A stretch of 64,000 bases of DNA from a virus (Duplodnaviria; Caudoviricetes): positions 32,001 through 96,000 of the IMG/VR virus record IMGVR_UViG_3300020477_000013; one strand, given 5' to 3'. How positions within the stretch are numbered: the stretch's first letter is position 1; each line of letters begins with the position of its first letter. Below, piece by piece: positions 49,301 to 56,710 of this stretch. Under the pieces are notes generated by a model. That model was given only the letters and a program-made list of their open reading frames with translations, made no database searches and was not told where the DNA came from. A program made the position numbers and the translations under genes.

Positions 49301-49644
49301 AAGAAAACGTTTTCAAGAAAGCGATTTCATGGGTAAAAGAAAAAGGGCAAGCAGGTATAGAGGCAACCCGCGAATTTCTCACTGACCTAAAAGAAGAGTT
49401 ATCAGAAACTAGGGAGGGAGCAGCACTTCTTACGAAACTAGCTTCTGGTAAAAATTTGTCGCCAGAAGAAACTGGATTTCTAAAACAGCAAGCTAAAGAT
49501 GTAGCGTCAGGTACAGTCCTACTAGGCTTGTTTGCCCTTCCGGGTGGTGGGTTGGCTACTGCAGCCCTTTTAAAAGTAGCAGGAAAAGTAGGTGTTAACC
49601 TTAAACCTACAGCATTTAGAGGGAATGATGAAACTACTTCATGA
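46330..49644 (+). CDS. modular polyprotein: five segments, each opened by an LR.YIR.LL.E-type peptide
   Basis: Peptides at 46339, 46492, 47206, 48391 and 49249. Segments include ART-like (LYHIG...VFLTP...SEIL), HDLHH metallo-motif, a paralogue of 54655-55473, and a LETM1-like C-terminus. GTG 46330 preferred over TTG 46300, which overlaps the late motif. Confidence 0.8.
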   Translation: MSSEFASLIRKYIAEANDYSWDVSNRKNMLLDQPGMEQEDKDNTEEYLKSMGLMENIIALYLRGILSEKELRGQKSKRTLYHIGKRPAEPKPAERWGAKGEEGWSRDWIEGPVKSGVFLTPNPTDIAWNHGVSGNVYAYKVPQWVIEKSGGVNRFDTGSEILISQEIWEEAGDEIEFLGKTMGKDELWDSVDSSYYSSKQKKGVRGAHKHDDGASSISGLRSTNHPEAAIKMMSQEEIEKALAKFENEYAQEGPAEVVKGPRDKKGLVIPYLGKQPRGKDKELIDLLNKYMKESVVRQYIKDLLVEVPLDDFEYVSKDHDDVMVREEVADYFKAIPQSVNIYVAHTDDLSWAHRLPNEIQGKVSGFKSRGQVTLTDISNIGELYPQIQRAMHPEGINLLYVYPKSFEVPAGGDTFIADVNPHYLAHDLHHMLENAPGRERGEKDKFTSLIKEYLMELVWLSHGGGSVEAEQVRDTMRRTGRRLGVANTNLLMSELFPGIKLPSGDFDLFGDVFADYLKNDGNLVLGVPEQLDYDGTVIELNPGSKHDQRAQQYEKKFKDLFNAVLDPLKGKVAMFNIFEVEHREVERARKQAEEKMQADHGQLIDHIKSMGGEFKYFDESHREEGVEELIFDTGLKPEKPVYGIEEFTQQFPEEAAGIEALGYKITSAFDGFGGSSVEIRLKMAGIKESVLRKYIRQLLKEDPMGFVHDLAASDKFGDQFRGGQVGKDAGRDIKRAFNKNADHQFLSTLDTVHWFYTVYDLEPLVGKGKDELSATMTLPGDSFDPAGLPYGLWIKGRITLATNEQDKMYSGFYGDYGAGYEGSEEEVAHRDRSSGRNKRPSVSKDYSRYGQLERGNEYMEKMARDGIPYILDQSTWNPGKTRSNNEALVDNWRPIGIIVAKNDVIKAILKAAKKLAGEGGTPPSGNIAKDINYFSTGVTQEIILAALQLGVPIYDTSRTKLWGPPTHQSGTQKELRQYVRGQLILEDRILQENVFKKAISWVKEKGQAGIEATREFLTDLKEELSETREGAALLTKLASGKNLSPEETGFLKQQAKDVASGTVLLGLFALPGGGLATAALLKVAGKVGVNLKPTAFRGNDETTS

Positions 49645-50422
49645 ATACATAAGGTCGACCCTAATGTCTGAGTCTAGGTTTAAGCAGATATTTAAACCCA
49701 AATTCACAGACTTACGGCAATACTTAGCGGGGTCTTCTTTTTTGGATGCTGACCCTGCCGGTGATCTAGATGAAGACACATGGTCGTCTGAGGCCGCCGT
49801 GGTACTTAGGGACGATTTAAATGATTATTTCGATTCAAAATTTGAGTCTGGTTATTTGACAGCAATTGTGAAGGTTGATATGGGATGGACAGACCCCAAA
49901 GCTGGTAAAGACAGTGTTCTTAAGAATGCGACATATTACTTCAAGGGTGGCCTTCATTTCCTAGAGGTTATGTTAGCAGATATTGATGATGGTTCTGTCA
50001 TAAGGGACATGGGACGCCCTGAGCAAAAGGTTTACGAAGTTATTTTACACGAGCTTTTACACATGCAACAGTTTTTAAGGTTTAGCAAGGGAGAACCCAC
50101 TGATAAAAAGTGGGAACACTTCATGAAAGAGTATCGCCGCCGCGGCGGAGCATCAGGTATGGGTTCAGATTATTTCTTTTTTGACGAACCTGGTGCTGCA
50201 TCTGAACTTGAGACATTTTCGTTGCAAATTGCTATTGAGCTTGTGGATGCTATTGGTCAGGAGGCTGCTGTCGCAATATTAGGGCAACAACCTGATTATG
50301 ACATGATAAGAAGAAATTCCGCATCATTTAGAGATATTGAGAAAGCAGGTAATCTCACATCACGCCCCGAATTTAAAGAGCTGGTTAAAAGGGCGAAGCA
50401 ATACGCGAGGCTATCATCATGA
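49625..50422 (+). CDS. signal-peptide cassette with an HExxH zincin-like metallopeptidase body
   Basis: MMKLLHEYIRSTLMSE; VILHELLHMQQF with downstream ELETFS as candidate third ligand. Confidence 0.7.
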   Translation: MMKLLHEYIRSTLMSESRFKQIFKPKFTDLRQYLAGSSFLDADPAGDLDEDTWSSEAAVVLRDDLNDYFDSKFESGYLTAIVKVDMGWTDPKAGKDSVLKNATYYFKGGLHFLEVMLADIDDGSVIRDMGRPEQKVYEVILHELLHMQQFLRFSKGEPTDKKWEHFMKEYRRRGGASGMGSDYFFFDEPGAASELETFSLQIAIELVDAIGQEAAVAILGQQPDYDMIRRNSASFRDIEKAGNLTSRPEFKELVKRAKQYARLSS

Positions 50423-51231
50423 AATTACTACGTGAATACATAAGAACACTGTTAACCGAGCGTAATACGATGAAGCGCCCAACCGTGGGAGCAATTCTAG
50501 ACGCGATAGATGTTGTCCAAGCAGCCGAAGATGAAGAAGCAAAGAAGAAGGCCTTAAAAAAGCTTGAGAAGTCCCTGGGGTGGAAAGTAGCTAAGATGCT
50601 AGCAGGACCATTCGGCGATGCAGTTAGCATTGCAAAAGATGCCGCTGGAGTATATAAGACATTAAAGGATACAAAGAAGGCTCCTGAAAAGATGGATAAC
50701 CCTATCCTGGACTTACTTCAAGTCGATTCAGGTTATAAAAACATGTTAGACGACTCAGTCGAGTTCGAATTTGATAAAGATATGGTAAGTTATTTAAACA
50801 GCTTACCTCGAGAAGCACCACTTCCTGATATGACCGTGGAGCTTGAGAAATGGATACAGAAGAAGTTTAATAGGGGAATTTCTGGTGCTGATGTAACAGA
50901 GGTTATTTTTCGTAAGCATATAGGAAACTTAATTCGAGAAGCGATTGAAAATGAAAGTCAGTTCCGTGAGCTTTTGGAGGCTGGTCATTTTGATCAAGCC
51001 ATAGCCTTGGCAGATTCATTAGGCATCAGTGGAAGAGAACTACCTTGGACTGGTGAGCTCTTAGAAGATTACGTGTATGAGAAACTGAAGAACATTCCAA
51101 TAGATGCGTACGATGATGCCAAATTAGTTTGGCACCAGGCCAAAATTGATGCGCTAAATGTTCTAGATATTAGTCTAGAAGAGTACATGGGGCCTAGTCC
51201 ACTAATGATGTATTACAACTCTAGACGATAG
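50419..51231 (+). CDS. signal-peptide cassette, two-segment hypothetical
   Basis: MKLLREYIRTLLTE plus an internal copy EVIFRKHIGNLIRE. Confidence 0.75.
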   Translation: MKLLREYIRTLLTERNTMKRPTVGAILDAIDVVQAAEDEEAKKKALKKLEKSLGWKVAKMLAGPFGDAVSIAKDAAGVYKTLKDTKKAPEKMDNPILDLLQVDSGYKNMLDDSVEFEFDKDMVSYLNSLPREAPLPDMTVELEKWIQKKFNRGISGADVTEVIFRKHIGNLIREAIENESQFRELLEAGHFDQAIALADSLGISGRELPWTGELLEDYVYEKLKNIPIDAYDDAKLVWHQAKIDALNVLDISLEEYMGPSPLMMYYNSRR

Positions 51232-51242
51232 AGGGAAATGGT

Positions 51243-51485
51243 ATGAAAATAACAAAGCGACAACTTAAAAATCTTATTCGAGAAGCATTCTGGGACAAGA
51301 AGCCTCCTGCTCCCGCGGCCGGATCGGACAAGTTCATGAACCCCCTGTCAGCAGCGTCGGAGTCCATGAGGGAAGTCATATCAGCTCTATGGGGCCCATG
51401 GGACGATCCTCCCCGGCCTGATTTACTAAAGAAAGCTCAAGCTTTGGCTAAAGAAATTGATGAAGCTTCAAAGGACCAGATATGA
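51243..51485 (+). CDS. signal-peptide cassette, hypothetical
   Basis: MKITKRQLKNLIREA. Confidence 0.75.
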   Translation: MKITKRQLKNLIREAFWDKKPPAPAAGSDKFMNPLSAASESMREVISALWGPWDDPPRPDLLKKAQALAKEIDEASKDQI

Positions 51486-51772
51486 AAATCACCAAACGGC
51501 AACTAAGAAGAATCATCCGAGAAGAAATAGACCACATGACTGGTTTACCAGTGGGTACACCAGTGACCTCGGTTGAGGTTGAGTGGTATGGCCATGAGCA
51601 CACTGAGGGTGAAGGGATTAGCTACGCTGTCCCCACCGAGGTTGTCCTACAGGGTGAGAAGGTGATTCGTAACTATATCGATGGCAAGTTTTACCCTCGA
51701 TACAAGTACCTTATCACGAAGGCAACATGGCGCGAGATCGATGCGCTCATGGGGGATGACTGGAAGCGATGA
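51482..51772 (+). CDS. signal-peptide cassette, hypothetical
   Basis: MKITKRQLRRIIREE; ATGA overlap. Confidence 0.75.
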   Translation: MKITKRQLRRIIREEIDHMTGLPVGTPVTSVEVEWYGHEHTEGEGISYAVPTEVVLQGEKVIRNYIDGKFYPRYKYLITKATWREIDALMGDDWKR

Positions 51773-52035
51773 AAATCACAAAAAGACAACTAAGAAGAAT
51801 CATCAAAGAAGAATTGCGGCATCTGGCTGAGTACGGATCTCGCTATGGCGATCAAGGCGAGCGAGTCACTGCCGATATGAATGATGAAGAAAAAGAGTGG
51901 TTCCAGAAAGGCGTCGAGGCTGGTAGCCATAGAGGATCCGGTTATGATGATATGCCACATCCCACCACCGCCGGCGGAGCCTGGTATGATGCATGGGTGC
52001 TTGGCTTCGAACATGCCAAGTCAGGAGGCTACTAA
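51769..52035 (+). CDS. signal-peptide cassette, hypothetical
   Basis: MKITKRQLRRIIKEE; ATGA overlap. Confidence 0.75.
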   Translation: MKITKRQLRRIIKEELRHLAEYGSRYGDQGERVTADMNDEEKEWFQKGVEAGSHRGSGYDDMPHPTTAGGAWYDAWVLGFEHAKSGGY

Positions 52036-52382
52036 TGAAAATCACAAAAAGACAACTTAGATCGCTGATTCAGGAAATGGCAGATGCTCCCCTAGAGCCA
52101 CCTGCGCAGAACCCAAACGTTCAAATTATCTTAGATCAAATGGAAGAGATGTCAATAGCCGATATTCGAGTCATATGGCAAGCCGCTGCCGATACAACCA
52201 AGCGAAAGCGAAATGAATTAAAGGCCGGTTTCAAAAAAGGTGACCGGGTCCAATGGACTCGTAAGAACGGCTCGCAAGGAGTGGGGACTGTTGTTCGCCG
52301 CGGAGGAAAGTACGTCATGGTTCAACCTGACGGTGATAATCGAACATGGAAAAAATGGCCGGATAGTTTGAGTAAGATATAA
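52035..52382 (+). CDS. signal-peptide cassette with an SH3/KOW-like body
   Basis: True start is ATG 52035 (TAATG overlap): MKITKRQLRSLIQE; FKKGDRVQW...G.GTVVRRGGKYVMV. Confidence 0.7.
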   Translation: MKITKRQLRSLIQEMADAPLEPPAQNPNVQIILDQMEEMSIADIRVIWQAAADTTKRKRNELKAGFKKGDRVQWTRKNGSQGVGTVVRRGGKYVMVQPDGDNRTWKKWPDSLSKI

Positions 52383-52789
52383 TGAAACTACTCCGCGAGT
52401 ACATAAGGGTTTTACTCGAGCAGCCCGATATCGGATTGCCTCCGACGCTGTACCATGCGACTTATGGTCCTTTAGTTGACTCGATCATGTCATCTGGCTT
52501 AGGTGGATCCAGAGATACAATGTGGGAAGATTCTGTGAGAGGTACTGTTTATCTTGCACTAAGTGATGACGTTGCTTATAGCTATGCTGAAACTTCCGAC
52601 GACGCATGGGATAAGTTTGAGACTGATGAAGGGCTGGAGATTGTAGTATTCGAAGTTGACACTTCTCAACTTGATCCATCTAAATTTAACATAGATCAGA
52701 ATGTCATAGATAACGAGGGAGACACTTTAGGGTATTATGGTGTCGTACCTCCTTCTGCGCTTAGGATGATCAGTAGAGTGTACGCATGA
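52382..52789 (+). CDS. signal-peptide cassette with an ADP-ribosyltransferase-fold body (His type, Tpt1/PARP-like)
   Basis: MKLLREYIRVLLE; TLYHAT...SIMSSGL...VYLA...A..YA...VFEVD...VPPSAL. Confidence 0.6.
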   Translation: MKLLREYIRVLLEQPDIGLPPTLYHATYGPLVDSIMSSGLGGSRDTMWEDSVRGTVYLALSDDVAYSYAETSDDAWDKFETDEGLEIVVFEVDTSQLDPSKFNIDQNVIDNEGDTLGYYGVVPPSALRMISRVYA

Positions 52790-53604
52790 AACTACTACGT
52801 GAATACATAAGAAGTCTGCTGATTGAGACTGCGATAGGTCAGTGTTATCCGCATGTCGTTAAGATGGCCAAGGGTTCTTCTCAAGAAGAATTCTCAGACC
52901 TAGCCAGATTCAAAGTAGCTCATGGTAGAGTGACAGACAAGTATTCAGGTGAATCAGTTCTACATGCCTGGGTTGAAAAAGGCGATATGGTTTTCGATTG
53001 GCAGACACATTCCACCAAACCTGATGGTATTCCGAAAGATGTCTACTACGACATGTACGCACCAGAAATCCACAACGAATACACAGCCGAAGAGACCATG
53101 GTCAACTGTTTGAAAAGTGGCCAGGCCGGCCCATGGACTTTGAGAGAGTCTACAGGGATAATAGAAGACGGTTGGCCTGGGGTTACATGGAAAGTCCAGA
53201 ATTATGGGAACGGTATCTCCGTTGTCTTAATGATGAGTGGGCAAAAGATGGGAAGCATCATAGCTCGGGAAGTTTCGCGCTGGAAATACTGTGCCGATGA
53301 CGTAGAGAAGTTAAAGGCACAAGGGTATGATTACGAAGACCCACGCTGGCCATCATTAGGACCTAAACTTTTCGCGGTAGGTAATTCTGCAATCGACCAA
53401 GCATTCCGGGGCCAAGGCTGGGGAAAGAAGATGTATAAAGTCCTGATCGACACCATCCGCCAAGAAGCAGGCCGCCGGGGTGCATTTATCGGCGCAGATG
53501 TATGTACAGGCGGATCAACCTCGAAAGGTGCCTTAGGCGTATGGAGATCATTGGCCAGGGACTATCCATCATCCGGTAACGTAGTCTACGTGGGGCCGAA
53601 ATGA
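52786..53604 (+). CDS. signal-peptide cassette: transglutaminase/papain-like domain plus GNAT acetyltransferase
   Basis: MKLLREYIRSLLIE; GQCY...HG...HAWVE...D; then SAIDQAFRGQGWGKKMY (GNAT motif A). Confidence 0.6.
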   Translation: MKLLREYIRSLLIETAIGQCYPHVVKMAKGSSQEEFSDLARFKVAHGRVTDKYSGESVLHAWVEKGDMVFDWQTHSTKPDGIPKDVYYDMYAPEIHNEYTAEETMVNCLKSGQAGPWTLRESTGIIEDGWPGVTWKVQNYGNGISVVLMMSGQKMGSIIAREVSRWKYCADDVEKLKAQGYDYEDPRWPSLGPKLFAVGNSAIDQAFRGQGWGKKMYKVLIDTIRQEAGRRGAFIGADVCTGGSTSKGALGVWRSLARDYPSSGNVVYVGPK

Positions 53605-54134
53605 AACTACTCCGCGAGTACATAAGGTCACTACTGAGTGAGAGGATAGCATCCACTTATGGTAAGCAGAGCCAGACGCCTGGCAAGAAGAATGTGTACC
53701 GTGGAATGAAACTTACAATGCCTAGCGCATCCCTGGCATCAGCAATTCGCAAGGGTAAAATTAGTGGAGACGAGCGAGCAAGATTAATCCTCGGACAATT
53801 GCAAAATGAGTCCACAGGTGTTTCATGGTCCGAGACTTTTCATACCGCCGTTAGTTTTGCTGATACATGGAGTGCCTCGAATAGAGGTAAAACGATTCAT
53901 GTAATCCTACAGGCTACTATCGACGACGGGCAGGGCTTTGATCCAATTACTACAGGCCAAGAACCTCGGATGTTCTGGGATGAAAACGAAATAAGGATGG
54001 AGCCTGGAGCAACTATACCAATTACAGCGATATATTTATTCATCAAAGGAAAAGATAAATTCGCACCTCAAAAACTACAGTTTCATATTATTACATTGAA
54101 AGACGAAGAAAATCCACTGATGGTGAAAGCATGA
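53601..54134 (+). CDS. signal-peptide cassette with an R-S-E ADP-ribosyltransferase-like body
   Basis: MKLLREYIRSLLSE; VYRG, GVSWS...A.SFA, ENEIR. Confidence 0.65.
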   Translation: MKLLREYIRSLLSERIASTYGKQSQTPGKKNVYRGMKLTMPSASLASAIRKGKISGDERARLILGQLQNESTGVSWSETFHTAVSFADTWSASNRGKTIHVILQATIDDGQGFDPITTGQEPRMFWDENEIRMEPGATIPITAIYLFIKGKDKFAPQKLQFHIITLKDEENPLMVKA

Positions 54135-54655
54135 ACCTATTACGTGAGTACATAAGGGAGTTATTAGGTGAAGGTGTAGAATTCAGGGAGCTTGATTCTC
54201 CCCTGACATATTATCGATCTAGCAATGTAAAGAGACTGGCTTTATGCGATACGTCTGTAGATGAACCTGCCAGCAGGAGTGATCTTTACTTTTCAGAATA
54301 CCAAGAAATGGAATACGTCGGCAGATCTGGTCGAAGATTAAAGAAACCCAGGAAAGGACAGTTGATACCCGGCGTTTCTGATGTCTGCGTTATTGGGTTC
54401 TTGGACTATCACCAGCAAGGCACCACCCGTGATGGTAAGCCAATGTGGTATTTAGACTATATAAAAACTCGTGGAGGCCACGGTGGGCAAAAGGTGGCTA
54501 GCCGTCTAGTAGACGAGTTTTTCAATCGATATGTAACCGATCCAGGTGTACACGTACACTTCGGAAAGATGATGCGTAAGGAGGTTGGCCACCTAAAAGA
54601 TAAGATGGCAAAGAAATACCCTGACAACATCGTCATTGGGGCAAGGAATTACTGA
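54131..54655 (+). CDS. signal-peptide cassette with a GNAT-like body
   Basis: MNLLREYIRELLGE; IGFLDY...WYLDYIKTRGGHGGQKVASRLVDEF. Confidence 0.55.
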   Translation: MNLLREYIRELLGEGVEFRELDSPLTYYRSSNVKRLALCDTSVDEPASRSDLYFSEYQEMEYVGRSGRRLKKPRKGQLIPGVSDVCVIGFLDYHQQGTTRDGKPMWYLDYIKTRGGHGGQKVASRLVDEFFNRYVTDPGVHVHFGKMMRKEVGHLKDKMAKKYPDNIVIGARNY

Positions 54656-55473
54656 TGAACCTACTCCGCGAATACATAAGATCACTTCTGGTTGAAGACG
54701 CAGCTAAGCGCAAACAGTTCGCTCAACACCTTATTGATGCAGGTCACTCTGAGGCAAATTTTGACACGCCTGATGTAGTCGGCCACAGTATTGACAAGGT
54801 GAAGAAGCTCGTTAAGACTGCTCTCGATCAAGGCAAGCTTCTCAAAAAGGCTTTCGCCGAAACTGCAGACAGGGCTTTCCTCGATAGCTTAGTCACAGTT
54901 CACTGGTTCAAAACCAGAAAGACGATGGAGGCATTTTTAGAAGGATCATTTAGTCCCAAGGATGAATTATCAGCCACGGCTTACCTACCGGGTGAAATAA
55001 AAGGCGCCGGCAGGTTTGGTGATTATGGAATCCTTATCAAGGGCCATATCACTCTTTTGGCAAACGACATGGATCAACTCTACACAGGGGCTTCCAGCAC
55101 TTACAATGCAGTGTTTCCTGAAAGAAAGAAGCAGTCTGGCATTAACAAGGGTGTCGAGCAGATATATGAACCAAAAGGTTACGAAGACTATAAGATCGTT
55201 GTGCTTGACGAAGAAGATTGGAACCCCTCTATTGGTGGCTTCCGCAGCTCACAGAATAATGAGGCGCTCGTCGACAACTGGTCTCCGATGGCAATTATCG
55301 TCCCTGACTCTTCAAATCAGCCAGGTTACTGGGATGAAGATTTACAAAAGATGGAACCTGCCGGCCCTGATACAGCGGAAGCCGATATCATTTGGAAACC
55401 GCTACTAGACAAGGCCGGCCTGGATATCCCAGTTATGACAACAAGGGAGCTTGTATCGAGAGGCTGGGTATAA
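54655..55473 (+). CDS. signal-peptide cassette; paralogue of polyprotein segment 4 (possible ART-like fold)
   Basis: MNLLREYIRSLLVE; TVHWF...KDELSAT..LPG...YG..IKG.ITL..N..D..Y.G...NNEALVDNW.P shared with 48433-49050. Confidence 0.75.
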   Translation: MNLLREYIRSLLVEDAAKRKQFAQHLIDAGHSEANFDTPDVVGHSIDKVKKLVKTALDQGKLLKKAFAETADRAFLDSLVTVHWFKTRKTMEAFLEGSFSPKDELSATAYLPGEIKGAGRFGDYGILIKGHITLLANDMDQLYTGASSTYNAVFPERKKQSGINKGVEQIYEPKGYEDYKIVVLDEEDWNPSIGGFRSSQNNEALVDNWSPMAIIVPDSSNQPGYWDEDLQKMEPAGPDTAEADIIWKPLLDKAGLDIPVMTTRELVSRGWV

Positions 55474-55601
55474 AAATAACAAATACAAAGTGTCATGAAG
55501 CATATGCAATGACTATTTATCTAATCAAAACGATATTACATGCATATAATGTTGATAGTGGCTTTGGATATGCTTAGGGCTATGAAAAAACGGGTGGTAA
55601 T

Positions 55602-56234
55602 ATGAGAATAGCAAAAAATCAACTTAGAAGAATCATCAAAGAACAGATGAAGTCTTGGAAAGAACGACAGGCCGAGCTGGACGCATGGGAGAAAAAGCTA
55701 GTTGCTGCACTTCCAAAAGACCCTTCGAAAATGAGTAATGCTGACCACAAAAAAGTTGCACAGCTCTTTATCGATGAATATGGCCTAGATCAAGCAGACG
55801 CTTTTTATGAAGATGACCGAGGTACATTGGCAGACTTAGGGGTTACACCATATCCTGATCTCGAAAACATCCGCATGGCCATCATGATGGCACTGGATAA
55901 AGATCATAAAAAACGAGTTAATGCTTCTCCTCATAAAAAAGAACTTAGGGCCATCGGGGGTGACAGCTACGGTGCAGTCGAGCCTCGTGAGGTAGCGTAC
56001 TTGACATACCAACCTATTCGTAAGGGTGGTAAAGTTGTAGCATTCATGGTCGAAGACAGCGAGACTCCATGGGGTACAATGCCTCTCGGCCATTCAAGCT
56101 TTGTCGTTGATGAACAATGGGCGAAACAGTCCGGGACAACGGTGGACAAGATTATAAAAGTGTTAGAGAAGGGCGGTGCAACTTTGAGAAAGCGCCGTAA
56201 GCCAGTTAAGAGAACAACTCCATACTACGACTAG
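55602..56234 (+). CDS. signal-peptide cassette, hypothetical
   Basis: MRIAKNQLRRIIKEQ; late motif CTATTTAT at 55513-55520. Confidence 0.75.
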   Translation: MRIAKNQLRRIIKEQMKSWKERQAELDAWEKKLVAALPKDPSKMSNADHKKVAQLFIDEYGLDQADAFYEDDRGTLADLGVTPYPDLENIRMAIMMALDKDHKKRVNASPHKKELRAIGGDSYGAVEPREVAYLTYQPIRKGGKVVAFMVEDSETPWGTMPLGHSSFVVDEQWAKQSGTTVDKIIKVLEKGGATLRKRRKPVKRTTPYYD

Positions 56235-56242
56235 CAGGCAAA

Positions 56243-56575
56243 ATGAAATTAAATAGAGATGATATATCAGGTGACGTGGTAAAAAATAATGACACGTATA
56301 TCGTGGTTGATAACACGAACCTCACAGGCCTTGTTGTTTCTAAAACCATATTGCACCCAAAGAAAGAGACCACGGGGCATAGCCATGCGGGCCAAGAAGA
56401 GGTGTATCAATTTGTGTACGGAACTGGTAAAATGCAGGTCGGACAAAACAAATTCGATGTCAACTCTGGCGATATCGTGTTAATCCCTGATGGCTTGTTT
56501 CACAAGGTGTGGAATATATCATGTGTAGAAGACCTAACATTTGTATGTGTTTTTGACGGAAAGAGGAGTCATTAG
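56243..56575 (+). CDS. cupin-domain protein
   Basis: TTGHSHAGQEEVYQFVYGTG.M...GDIVLIPDG.FHKV.N. Confidence 0.85.
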   Translation: MKLNRDDISGDVVKNNDTYIVVDNTNLTGLVVSKTILHPKKETTGHSHAGQEEVYQFVYGTGKMQVGQNKFDVNSGDIVLIPDGLFHKVWNISCVEDLTFVCVFDGKRSH

Positions 56576-56710
56576 TAAAAATGCTTAAGCTAATATTGTG
56601 CGGTATAGCTATTATTATTATTCTCTATGCCGTATCAGATGGGGATTAGCTATATGGGTTGTGGCAATTGGTTATTTTGTGGGAAATGTAGTATGTAAAG
56701 CAGGGGAAAT

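Noticed and set aside
55392-55577. 61-aa ORF bridging the gap in the tagged array
   Set aside because: It overlaps the previous gene by about 80 nt, has no tag or RBS, and the gap contains a late-promoter motif, so it is more likely intergenic.
49625-55645. Repeated 25-30 nt sequences as a CRISPR array or integron attC sites
   Set aside because: The repeats are protein-coding gene starts separated by 240-830 nt ORFs, are not palindromic, and no cas or integrase gene is present.
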